Origin: Eledone cirrhosa
Taxonomy: Eukaryota
Length of the DNA stretch: 64,000 nt
Direction: 5' to 3'
Assembly: GCA_964016885.1 (NCBI GenBank)
Contig: OZ024742.1
Coordinates: forward strand, 26,536,001 to 26,600,000
In this document: one piece after another, positions 1 through 12,075 of the stretch
How the letters are laid out: the number at the start of each line of letters is the position of its first letter
Numbering within the stretch: the stretch's first letter is position 1
Made by a program: the position numbers and the translations under genes
The notes under the pieces: model-generated
The model's database searches: none
What the model was told of the DNA's origin: nothing
What the model saw: only the letters and a program-made list of their open reading frames with translations

Positions 1-65
1 TATTTCATTATACATATTTCAAGGATACCAAGTTAAATTATGGTATGCCTTCATCAGACAAAATA
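1..65 (-). ncRNA. Minimal type I hammerhead ribozyme (family H1)
   Basis: Minus strand reads UAUUUUGU-CUGAUGA-AGGCAUACCA..UGGUAUCCUU-GAAA-UAUGU-AUA^AUGAAAUA; stem I pairs with G-U wobbles. Confidence 0.75.
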
Positions 66-170
66 CAATATATATCAGTTTTATAAATAACCATTGACGT
101 ACCCTTTCAAAATGCGACCACTACTTTTGGAGGACATCCTGATGTCCTCCAAAAGTAATGGTCGCATTAT
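1..170 (-). mobile_element. Penelope-like pseudo-LTR fragment with terminal fold-back; truncated by window edge
   Basis: Near-identical to 38841-38960 and to the reverse complement of 40495-40615; hairpin aatgcgaccactacttttggaggacatc/gatgtcctccaaaagtaatggtcgcatt at ~111-168; followed by (TA)n. Confidence 0.75.
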
Positions 171-177
171 AAATATA

Positions 178-332
<155 letters not shown>

Positions 333-545
333 ATATAAATGAAAATAGTGAAATTAATGTAAGCAAGAAGCCAACAGTATTTCATAATATATAAGTGATT
401 ATAACGTCAAGATGGAAATATATATATATATATATAATATTTTTTTTTTTTTAAATTAAAAATACGGTATATTGCCAAATATACTATACATACATTCATG
501 TATACATCGCTATTTCAGAGCACCAATCCTAATATATATATATTA

Positions 546-1271
546 ATTAGTTAAGCAAAACAAGACCACAAATTTCACAAGGAAGACATTATTAAAATAT
601 TGTCAACATATTTTAGTTTGATTTAAGGAATGTAGAGAATAATAATAATAATATTAATAATAATAATATCCGTTTACAATGGTTTCGCTACTCCATATAA
701 TATTTCTGGATCAGATGACTATATATCATTATTGATCTGGTTCAGTATTATGGCTGACAATTGATACAACCAGGACACCATAGTGAAATACCAATATATG
801 GAACATTACAAAATGTAACATTCTCTCCTTATCTTAAATTATATTCCTTTGAAGTTCCGATGAGCCGCTCTGTTTTTAAATATATTAATAATGTTCAACT
901 GAACCAGATCAATAATGATATATAGTAATCTGATCCAGAAATATTATATGGAGTAGCGAAACAATTGTAAACGGACATTATTATTATTAATATTATTATT
1001 ATTATTCTCTACATTCCTTACATCAAACTAAAATATGTTGACAATCTTTGAATAATATCTTCCTTGTGACATGTATAGTCTTGCTTTGCTTAACTAATGA
1101 ATATTTCCAGCTCTGTGCGCCTAACTTCTGCATGAACCCATCCACATAGCTGCTTTCAACTGCATATTGCACATTGAGCACATGCCTTTACGCTTTGGCT
1201 TTAAACTAATTCACCAATCTCTCCTCTCCTATCTCCATCTCTCTCTTTAAGATTGGTTACTCTTGAACTGT
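546..1271 (+). mobile_element. Solo Penelope-like pseudo-LTR with inverted 5' segment (same family as 26922-29240)
   Basis: 546-745 is the reverse complement of ~897-1098; 750-1271 matches 28705-29240; both ends abut (TA)n. Confidence 0.85.
845..975 (+). ncRNA. Type I hammerhead ribozyme with long stem II and U4C core variant (family H2)
   Basis: GUU-CCGAUGA-GCCGCUCU..~80 nt..GGAGUAGC-GAAA-CAAUU-GUA^AACGGA; palindromic stem III ACAAUUGU. Confidence 0.65.
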
Positions 1272-1872
1272 ATATATATATATATTAGTAAAAGAAAAGA
1301 AAATGCTGACAATTGTTTCCCTTTGAAAAATAGTTTAATTAGGAATAAGTATAAATTAGTAATAAGTATTGGTTAGTATTCAGTTTTAGTTTTAACTTTT
1401 TACCAGTTGCGCATTTTCAAAAATAATTTTGCTTTTCAAAAATAATTTTGAGTTAAAGTAGCCGTAACGTTTGCTCTAATATAGTTTTGAAAATTCTTCC
1501 TGTTTTATGTGAAAAAAGTGGCTCCAGAGGTATTAAGATTTGGTTGGTTGTTGAATGTCACGTGAATGAGTACTATACATTTCGCGCCAATTCGTGTTGT
1601 AAAAATTCTTGTAGTTAAAACAATTTTGATTGGTCGGTAGAGGTCACGTGAATGTTAAAAATTGATTTTGCGCCAAATGTGGGTTTGTCGAAGAGTGTTC
1701 TTTTTCGCCTGATTCAGAAGTCACTGAAAAATAGGTATTTTAAGACAAATATGTGTGTGTGTGTGTGTGTGTGTAGTAAAGAGGTTCATTGTTGTGATAA
1801 TGGTCAGTAGGGATGTATGTGTGAATTGCAGTCATGTTGAAAGGTCAACACTTCAGGTGTCTATTAAGACAA

Positions 1873-1914
<42 letters not shown>

Positions 1915-2025
1915 CAGCGTGGTTCGTGGTAGAGGGATTCGGTCAGTAGAAATGTGTCTGTGCGTAAGTGGGGGATATTTTTACTTTTTTAAAGATATTA
2001 TTCAGCTCTTGTCTTATACGGAGAA

Positions 2026-2133
2026 GTGTGTGTGCGTGTGTATGTATATTTGTATGTTAGTGTACGCGTGTGTATGTGTGTGTGTATTTGTGTGTGTGTG
2101 TGTATATGGGTTTATGTGTGTGTGTGTGTGTGT

Positions 2134-2215
<82 letters not shown>
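2026..2215. repeat. (TG)n microsatellite
   Basis: Direct inspection. Confidence 0.95.
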
Positions 2216-2217
<2 letters not shown>

Positions 2218-2653
2218 ATGGATCAGTATTTTTGTGATACTGGTAAAAATCGTGTACATTATTCGATATTTTCAGTAATTTGCAAAAACGATTCTCTCAA
2301 AAGAACATAAAAAACATTAATAATAAAAGGGGTGAAATGATGTATAGTATTGTCATAACACCAAGGTGTGTGTGAGTGTCCAGATTGTACGTACTGCAAG
2401 GGGAATCTATTAGGCCCTGCCGTATGGGAATACTTGTGTACAAATATGTATGTGCCTATCAGTGTGCAATGCATGTGTGCGTATATGTATGTGTGTGTGT
2501 CGGCACGTTTATATCTATAGACATCAAAAGGTATGCAAATTTGTGTATATTTGTGTTTACGTATGCCATTGTATTTATATGTGGATAGAAATGTATGTAG
2601 GATGTATGCTGATGTAGGTATGTATGTTGACGTGTGTATGTTGTGGGTTCGTC

Positions 2654-4313
2654 TTAGGGAGAAGTGTTTAGACGGGGTGCGTATTTGTTAATAAAGTGAG
2701 ATTCCTTGCTGATGCGCTGGGTATGGGTAGCATTATCTTTAAATTTGTAGAGGGGAAAGATTCTAAAGTTGGGATGATTTTGGGCGGCACATGTATCAAT
2801 GTCTTCACTCAGTGGTATTTTTCTGTATTCCCGTATTTTAATTTGGGATCTATTGACAGTCATGCGTTGGCGGAGGCTGCTTTTGGTGTGGCCTATGTAT
2901 TGTTCTCGACAACCTGAGCAAGTTCATACATATATTAGATTTTCTGATGCGCATGTGAAATTGTGTTTTACTATAAAACGTTGTCCTTCTTTGAAATATA
3001 ATTCCGAACCCTCTATTAGGTGGATGCATATGCCACAGTTAGGTCTATCGCATTTTTATACTGTGGGTTTCGTTGTTGTGGTTGGCAGTACTTTGGCATG
3101 TGTTAGGACGTTTTTTATTAACTTAGATTGTCTTTCGCTCTTTATGATATCGTGTGTTTGAAGGATTTGGTTCATTCTATGGTCCTTTTTTAACACAGGG
3201 ATGTTCTGGAGGATGGTGTCACAGGCCTCATTGGTGAGAGGGTTGTGTGTGGAGATGTATGGAAGAGCTTTTAATTTCGGTTGATTTACTTTAGGGTTTC
3301 TAAGGTCCTGGGTACTGAGTTTTAGGGCACGTTGGATTCCATTGTCAATTAGTGATGTAGGGTAGTTCCTGCCTAAAGTGTGTCCTTTAGTTCTTGTAGC
3401 CGTAAGTAACAGGTGTTTTTATTAGAGACTATAGTACCGATTCTCTTGGCTAAGTTGTAGGGAATATTAATTTTAACGTGTCTAAGGAAGATATTACTTG
3501 GAGTCTGTGGGCTTGTAGTATATGTCTGTTTCTATTTTTTTGTTATGAATCTTAATGAGGATGTCGAGGAAGGGCAGTTGTTGATGGCTGTATTCCATCG
3601 TAAAGTTAATATTCGTGTTGAGCCCATTTATAAGGGTGTGAAATTCTTTAAGTTTCTCAATGTTTTCGTGCCAAAGGATGAAGCAGTCATCTAGATATCG
3701 CTTCCAGTTCTTTTCTATGTGTAAGTGGAGAGTGTTTCCAAATGTGTTTAGTACTTTAGTGTAGAGGGTAAATTCCAGGTATCCCATGACTATTTTGGCA
3801 TAAGTGGGGGCTGTTTTCGTTCCCATAGCGGTCCCAGATTCCTGCCTGTAGGATTTGTTATTGAAAACGAAGTAATTGTTCTCCAAGATAAATTTGAGTC
3901 CCTCTATCACGAATTCTTTTCTGATGCGTTGTGGGAGTTCATTGTGGTGATTATCCAGCCAGAATTGGATAGCTTCTATTCCTATGTGGAGGATGTTGGA
4001 GTATAGGTTGACTACATCGCACGTCACTAGTAGGGTTTGTTCAGAAAGGGGCATATTAGGGTGGTGATTGAGCATATCTAGGTCGTCCTTTATATAGCTT
4101 TTGATGTGTTTGAGAAAAAGCTTGAGTAGGGTATCAATGAAGTTGCTATAGGTCTTAATTTGAGATCATTGGGTGAGGGGACATTGATGACTATGTCTGT
4201 GGCTTCCTTGCATGCCTTACTTATTAATTCGCTTTCATGTACTTTAGGGGTACCGTAGAAAAGGCTGGATTTACTTGTGAAGTCTGTGATGAAGCTGAAT
4301 TCCTTGTTAGTGA
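2654..4313 (-). pseudogene. Disrupted PLE reverse transcriptase plus C-terminal GIY-YIG endonuclease
   Basis: ORF 3494-4075 has GTAMGT..APTYA, YLDD, LPFLD and YYKPTD; downstream CDRPNCGIC...TCASENLIY.*TCSGCREQYIG..LRQR is the Neptune-type Cys-rich GIY-YIG; frameshifts and stops present. Confidence 0.9.
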
Positions 4314-5992
4314 GTATATATATATATATATATATATATATTGAAATGTTAGAAAATATTAATTACAGTAAATGTACAGATAATTTATAGCTGGAATTCA
4401 GGAACCATTTTATTCACCATAAGGTGATGAATGAGGCCTTGCAAAACAAATACATTACACGATGCTATTGTTCCTCAATCGTAATATAATATAAATTATC
4501 TATGAATGAGTAATGGTAAGCATTTTTCTGATCACGGCAGCACAACAAACTTAGTGTGTCTAGCCTAAACCCATCGTAACATACATTTATTTCAGCCTCT
4601 CTTCCATCTTATCTTTATACATCTGGATCATCTTTTCACAATACATATTCCCACCAGCTATTGAGCCTAGACATTCAATTAAGTATCAACAATATCGATT
4701 ATCGCCAGCTAAAAATGAATTTGAAGGGCTAACGGCAGGAAATTACTAGATGGATTTCTCTTCGACCTAAATAACAGTTTCTAACTTTACAAAAGGTTTA
4801 AAATATCAAGGAGCAAGAGTTTATAATCAATAAAATAAATCAACGAATGTTTCGTTACATTATTTTTCCAAGGTGAAATATTCCATGCAGCCACAAAAGT
4901 TTAGAGATCTCTACTTATAGAATATAATTTAAAACAGCGAAGCACAAGGTAAACAAAATACACTGAAAAGACAACTCCCAAATTCCCAAAAAGTCGTATT
5001 GAATTTGCTAGTATAAGTGGAAACAAAAACACTTCAACTTATTTACATAATACTCTCGACTTGTTTATAAATATCCATCTCTCCCTATCTCTTTCCCTAT
5101 CTTTCTATTTATATGCATCTCTCTCTCTCTTACAAATTCTTCAGTGGAAATTGATTATTTATGTACATATATATTTCAGTACTCTCTAGCTTTAGAGTTG
5201 AAGAAAATAAATAAAGTATAAAATATACAAAAATGTTTCGGTTCAACATTTTTGTTAGTTATAAATGTTTAAATGACTGTTACTGTTACACTCCTACGAG
5301 TTTTATTATTGTTTGTTGATAAATATAAAAATCAAGCTTCATCGAAAATTCGTATACTTCGAGAAATATATTCAAATAGTGTTCTCTCTTATTAACATAT
5401 AAGACTAATTTAACTTTTAATGGGCGCATTTTTTATCATATGTTTAACTGGAATAGACTTCCCTAGTAAATGATAAATGTGAGATTAACTAACTTTCACA
5501 GACAAAAACGTTTATGCTAAGATATTTTATTATACCAATGAGCATAAGAAAAACACTGGCAGATATGTTAGCATCACCACCACCACCACACTACAACCAC
5601 TACTATAACTACTTCTACTACGGCCACAATTATGACAACCACCACCACTACTACTACTGCTGTTACAACTACTACTGTGAACTTTGAAATAGTCTTTGAC
5701 TGTTTGACCAGCATGTTTGTCTTCAGGCCTTTCAATCTCGTCCACCATATAACTATAGTCACCATGACAACCACTGTCCCCATTGTTGCCGGAGAGGTAA
5801 AACCTCACTGTCATTCCCCGGGATTATTGTTGATTCTGTCTGCTTCTGACCAACAAACTGATTTATAGCATTCATTTTGTAATTTCTGATATCACCAAGG
5901 ATGGAGGACGTATGCGACCTAATTCCTTCTATTTTGATTTTTTTTATCGCGTCATGTTTGTGACTGTAAAATAAAAAGTACCACTCTAATAA

Positions 5993-7950
5993 CACGGTGT
6001 AACATAGTTTTTGTTCCCAGTTCTAAGTGTCATTTCATGGTTTGTTATATCCCATTATTATAAAAAAACACTATTATTTAATCAGAAGTTTGGGTTTGTG
6101 GTCAGGAGTTTGATATTTCGAAATTTTCATATTTTTCAAGAAAAAACATTTTTTTTAATTTATCAGTTCATATAATTAAATCAACAGAGCATATATTTAT
6201 TTTATTACACAAGCTTATCAAAAGCAAACAAGTAAAAACAGATAACACTTATAAAGCAACTTATACACGTCAGAAATGACTGGATTTCCTGGATTTGCGG
6301 TTGTAGTCCAGGTCACATTCCCGCACTAGCCCCCAGATATAGTCTCCCTTCATTTTTTCATTGTAGTGGCTCTGGTACCTCCGCTCTATCTCTTTCTCAT
6401 CTTGGTGGAATTGTTCGCCTTGTTCTTCTGAGTAGGCGCCCATATTGTCCTTGAAGTTTTCCAGGTGAGCGTCCAGCATATGGAGTTTAAGCGACATCCT
6501 GCATCACATGGCACCAAAAGCCTTTATCAGATCCTGCACCAGTTGCTGGTAGTTTTCAGCTCTGTCGTTGCCCAGGAAGCCCTTAACAACTGCCATGAAA
6601 CATTTCCATTCTGTTCTCTCAATCCTATTGATCTTATTGGAGAACTCGATAGACTCAAACACCTTCTTTATCTGAGGTCCAACAAAAATTCCACCTTTGA
6701 TTTTGGCCTCAGATAATTTGGGGAAGAACTCAAGAAGGTACTTAAAAGCGGCTGATTCTTGGTTGAGAGCCTTCACAAACTGCTTCATCATCCCCATTTT
6801 AATGTGCAGTGGCGGCATGAGCACAATCCTGGGATCAACCAGTAGCTCCCACATGACGTTCCGGGTCCCAACTACAAATTCTGTTCGCTGCTCCCAGTTC
6901 TTTCTTTTGTAGTGGTCAGAGGTGGCTCTGCTGTCCCAAAGGCAGAGGAAGCATTGGAATTTCATAAAGCCACCATCTTGAAGTCTCCAATGATTTCCCA
7001 ATTGTACTGGTTGTATTGCAGAGCTTCCAAGAGGACTTTCACACTGTAGTAATCTTCCTTCGGGCAGACTGAATGAGCTAGGGGCAATGTCGGGAACATG
7101 TTTTCATTGTGGAGGACAGCCTTCAAACTTGTGGTGGAGCTGTCTATAAATAGCCGCCACTCCTTGTGCACACATGGCATCCCAATAACGTCAAACAGTC
7201 CAGGCACGTCATGGCAGAAGCAGAGGCCATCCCTAAGAGTGTAAAAGCCTGAGAAACGTTCGTGTCGACTTCTCTGACATGTCACCTGCACTTCCTCCTT
7301 GCCCAAGTTCCACTGCTTCATCCTGGAGACGAATAACTCTGCATTGGACTTGGTCAGACCCATATCCCTGACCAAGTCATTGACTTCATTTTGGTTTGGG
7401 AAGTAAGGAACTTTTTCTGGTACCTCAGGCAGGTAATCCAAGTCCTCAGCATCCATCTCCTCCTCTTCATCAGAATACTTGTCTTGGAAAATAAATTTGA
7501 TATGCAATACAAAATAAATATTGGTAAGGGAAATACATATTTAAATATATAAAAGAACACTAATCATACTAATGAAAATTCGTGCTTAAAACATAAATTA
7601 CCCTTTATTCAGGGTGCAAAAATCCAGTATCAACAAATCTCTTTAATCCACTTTTTAACAATTTCATACCTTATTGCACTTTTATAATTTTCTTTAGGTA
7701 TTACTCTTTATTTTGTAATTTTAATTTAACCTGAATCATATATAAAAATAATCATTTAACATAAGCAAATTAAGCTTACATACAACGTAAAATCCAGCAT
7801 ACAAATAATTCTAGTGAATAGTTTAGAATTTTTACAAACCCAAAACTTTTAACTGTTTAATAGCACTTTTTTTTTATTTGGGACCTAAACAACACAAAAA
7901 AGTGATTACAAGCCACGAACAGAGAAAAAATATTTTTTTGTTACACGGTG
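5993..7950 (-). mobile_element. Chapaev3-like (CMC, Transib/RAG1-related) DNA transposon
   Basis: TIRs CACGGTGTAACA (5993) and TGTTACACGGTG (ending 7950) match 11/12; 3-bp TAA TSD at 5990-5992 and 7951-7953; internal transposase. Confidence 0.8.
6270..7490 (-). pseudogene. Frameshifted DDE transposase (Chapaev3 type)
   Basis: Three frames give FIDSS..SLKAVLH, GDFK, CFLCLWDSR, PPLHIKMG, MSLKLH..AHL and SEEQGEQFHQD, motifs alignable to the RAG1/Transib core. Confidence 0.85.
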
Positions 7951-9163
7951 TAATTAGTTCGACACTACCTCTATATCTAATTCTCACTTCCGCTCTGTCA
8001 CTTTCTAACCTTCTCTGGAAGAATTCTGCTGCTCGCAGGACTGGAGGGGGATGGGTTCCGCCAGGGTTAAGATGCTGTTGTTGTTGTGTCCTGGTTAAGG
8101 ATTTTACAATTAGTGTTGTTGTTATTGTTGTTACTATCACCGCTGTTACCGTTATTGTTATTGTGGACATGGGTTCTGGTTGCTGTTGTGGTGGTGGTTG
8201 CTGTGGTTGTGTTATGATGTTGGTAGATGTGTTTGTGGTGGTGGTGGTGGTTGTAGCTGTGTTGGTAACTCTGTTGGTGATGGTGGTGGTAGATGAGGTG
8301 GTGTTTGTAGCTGTGGTAGTGGTAGTGGTATTAGCTGTGCTGGTTGTAGAGTTGGTTGAAGCAGTGGTGATGGTATTACACTAGCTAAAAGCCATGTGGT
8401 GGAATCTGACATAATTCGCAATGATAGCTTCCTCATGGCCGTTTACATTTGTGGTTGATCAAGTGTGAGTTTGACTGTTCTATATACACAAACCTACTAT
8501 TTGTCATTTCTACAGAGGCCGGTATTTCATTATATTTATCTACTATACACATCAATATTTCTAACATAAATGTATATATTTGTAATATTACTGTTTGTAC
8601 ATATGTGTGTTAAAATATATATCAAGTACAAATACTATACGCCACCTGTACAACGTCAAATCATTGATAGAGCTGAAATATTCCTATGTATTGAACAGAC
8701 CTTGATAATGATATGGTGCAGTGAAATTGATATCATCTGCTATTCGTTATATGTCTTGGTTTCTGAAAAAATAGAAGAATATGTGGTAAATTTACTTACC
8801 TAAATTATTGTTTCAATGTGGATTATAATGATATCTGTTTTATGTGATCGTAATTTATCAAAAATAGTCAAAATACAGATACATTCGTATCTCCATGGAA
8901 TCGTGGGATGCTCATAATAGAAGACGTGTGTATTAAATTCGTTGCAGTAGAAGAGTTGTACAACACTAGATTCGGCATTCAAATGTCCCTGGAATGCATG
9001 CACGAGGAACCGTTTCTGGCTTTGGTTAGACCAAGTATATCTCATTCACGATCGAATGTATGTAACTTTTGAATTCTACTGCAGTATCATATGTCTTTCA
9101 ACAACCTTACAGGGCATGTAGTTACTATCCAAGTAAAATAGCATACTAGAAGCCTTAGTTCAT

Positions 9164-9165
<2 letters not shown>

Positions 9166-9262
<97 letters not shown>

Positions 9263-9279
9263 TTATATATATATATATA
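9166..9279. repeat. (CT)n followed by (TA)n microsatellite
   Basis: Direct inspection. Confidence 0.95.
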
Positions 9280-9319
9280 AATTACACAAATATCAAAGTT
9301 ATGTTCAAATCATTTAATT

Positions 9320-9364
9320 GCTGACAATTGTGTCTTCCAAACTTTCGTTTGGAGTCATCGGAGC
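9320..9364 (-). ncRNA. Degenerate hammerhead ribozyme (GAAA core mutated to GACA)
   Basis: GCU-CCGAUGA-CUCCAAAC-GAAA-GUUUGGAA-GACAC-AAUU-GUC^AGC; near a (TA)n end like the other pseudo-LTRs. Confidence 0.5.
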
Positions 9365-10045
9365 CTTATCAATGTTTGTACATATAATTAACCTCCTATT
9401 CAACTGAAAAATCATATGGATACATATATATTGATGTTGTGATCAACAGTTTAGTATTTACAGGGTGTAATGGATGCGACATATAATACAAGAGAATAGT
9501 CTAATAATTAAAGAGGCATTGAGAAAGATTGAAGACACTAGCAGTACATATTCATAACTTTGATATTTGCGTAATTTATATTCCTGCTCTGTACAACACC
9601 TGATTTTCTTACATTGAGCTATTTCTCTTACTGGTAATAAGGTAGTAAGAAATTACTGACCTTTCCTGTTTATAGTATATATATAACTATAAATAATATC
9701 ATTATTATTATTATTATTATTGAATGCCATGGTTGACGGAGGCTCGGCTCTGTAAGGAATAGTAATTTTTAACCGCTATAACAATTGTAAATTGTTTAAA
9801 ACGTTAACCAACTTGTAGATAAAAACACCCTCCCCCTCGTGAGAGGGGTCTTTCTGCCCGTCATTTGGCCCTTCGGTGTTAAATAACCGCTTATTGGGGT
9901 TTTGTGCCCAATATTCATTTTAAACCCCAAAAAACAGGGCTACAAAAAATAATTTTCACAAGTCACTCCCACTCATTCCGTCTTCTTCTTCCTCGATCGT
10001 CACTACACCAGAGAGAAGATTGTCTCTCTCCCCCCTTCTCTAAAT

Positions 10046-12041
10046 GTGTCTCTCTCCCTCCCTTCTCTTTCGCAAGCGACGCCAGTAAAGAAAAAGAAAA
10101 ATATAGTTTCTGATAGTTTCCTCGATAACGTGCAAACCGAGGAACATTTCTCCACAACGACAACGACGACAAATGTGTCCGGTAAATACGGAAAGCCATT
10201 TCATTCGTCTGACGTCATGAATAATAGCAGTAGCAGCCGTAATAACTGTAGCAGCAGCAACAGTGGCAAGGAAAACAACAGTAGCAGCCGCAAAAGCACC
10301 AGCAGCAGCATAAGCAACAACAGCAGCAGCAACAACAACAACAGCAGCAGCAGCAGCAGCAGCAACCACAGCAACAGCGGTAGCGGCAGTCGTAATACCA
10401 GCAGCAACAACAAAAGTAACAACAAAGTAACGACAACAACAACAGCAACAAGAAAGAAAAATCAATCTCGTTTGCAGGTATCGTAAAGAACCTGGAAACC
10501 ATCCCTATAACAAATGAGGAATTACAGGAAGCAAAGAAGATGGTGACGAAAGCCGGACACCGAGCAATCTGCAAGGCAGACGAAAACATTTTCGAAACCC
10601 AACAGCACTGTGCGGTCACGTACCGTACACTAAGCACAAAATCCCGTAAGGTTGAAAGAGTCACAGAGGCTCAAATACAAAAAGCATTAGGGTCTGTGTG
10701 GCAGCGGAAAACGCATATCACCCGAGGCAAGAAATGTGCCACCGTGGTGGTGATTTTTGCCACACCCCAGGAGGCAAAGGCTCAATCCTTAGAGACCCTA
10801 AGGAGCGAGGAAATGGTGTTGGTGCCCTCCTGCTGCGGGCAAAAAATTGTGTGGGTCAAACTGACCCCCCCCCCCCCTCCGGGATGGCCCCTTCTTGTTT
10901 GGTCGCGTCTGTCCGTCCTCGTCGGAATCGAGGACAAAGCAGCTGAGATTGGTTAATCTAAACCAACCAGGAGTGCATCGAAGCTATCCCGGATGCGATA
11001 GACTTCGATAACGGCAGTCAACTGCCAATAAGTGTTGAGGGCAAACGCCTGAAATGATTTCGCTGTGGGTCGAAGACTCACCTCAAGGCCTTCTGCAATG
11101 AGAAAACCCTGAAAAAGGAGAAAACCCTCCTACTTTCGAAACCGGCTCCACTGCTACCAGCAACAGGACAGGCGGCAAGCACGAGGGATAGGTCCGTGGC
11201 ACGCATACCAACGCCACGGAAATTAAGAACAGCAGCAGCAGTGGAAGTATTAACAACAACAACAGTAATACCAACTGCAGCTGCAACAGAGACTCCACTG
11301 CAACCATCACCAACAAGAACAAGTGAAAGAGTGGAGCTGGTAACCCTCCCCGACCTCACAGAATCAGACATGGAGTGTGAGGTGGGAGAGGAATGGCAAA
11401 AGGTCGCAAGAAGACACAAACGCAGAAGCAGCGCATCGTTGCCTTCGAAAAGGGAGGAAAGAAATGAAAACAGGGTAAAGGCTACTGCAAATAGACTTAC
11501 TGCAGCAACACCACCAACACCATCACCACCCACACTAGCACCACCATCACCACCGGCGACAACCCCACCGCCAACAACAACAACACCTACAACACCACCA
11601 ACACCACAAGCACCAACATCGGAAACACAACAACAAAACACACACACCCAACAACAACGACAAGAAAATAGCAGAACCACACCCCACCCCCAGAAAAACA
11701 AATGCACGGCAATAAATACACACATGAAACTAATGACTTACATAATTGAACACACAGACATTTCACAGCACGACCACATAATACCAGCACCAATCAAAAC
11801 ACCAACGAACATAGGACTGGTAAGAATAGCCCAGAAACAATACACTAACATTAAAGCGAAATTCCCCAACGCAGTTGGTGATTTCGGAGACCTAGGAGGA
11901 ACTCTCAACCGGAGAGTATATTCGGATATAATAATAGAAGAGCCGACGACCAGCCGGAGGGACGATTCAACGGTCCTTTCACCAGACGATCAAGTGAAAA
12001 GGGATGGAGAAACCATCCTTCCTTTACGAGAAGTAGGGTAA
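10046..12041 (+). pseudogene. Tx1-A ORF1 (Ser/Asn-rich N-terminus, RRM-like region, eroded CCHC knuckle, Pro/Thr-rich C-terminus)
   Basis: Frames 10046, 10540 and 11196; VEGKRL..FRCGSKTHLKAFC at ~11035-11097; homologous to ORF1 of Tx1-B and Tx1-C. Confidence 0.75.
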
Positions 12042-12075
12042 GTGGTCTTTCCCATCTTTTCCACTCCATTTCAAC

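Larger units (their letters stand above)
1285..4313 (-). mobile_element. Neptune-type Penelope-like retroelement, 5'-truncated, with long 3' region/pseudo-LTR
   Basis: RT and GIY-YIG coding at 2654-4313; both ends abut (TA)n; hammerhead 3' half GAAACAAUUGUC^AGCAU at 1303-1320. Confidence 0.8.

Noticed and set aside
5570-8385. CAC-rich and GTG-rich tracts flanking the Chapaev element as long inverted repeats or Val/Thr-rich ORFs
   Set aside because: Low-complexity trinucleotide sequence with no specific alignment.
8765-9075. Possible host exon(s): minus-strand GTAAGT donor at 8799 and an 81-aa ORF
   Set aside because: No recognisable protein motif, a stop directly before the donor and an implausibly short intron.
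9845-9861. CTTTCTGCCCGT shared between the Tx1-A 5' UTR and R4-B near 52494
   Set aside because: A 12-mer match out of colinear order is expected by chance in 64 kb.
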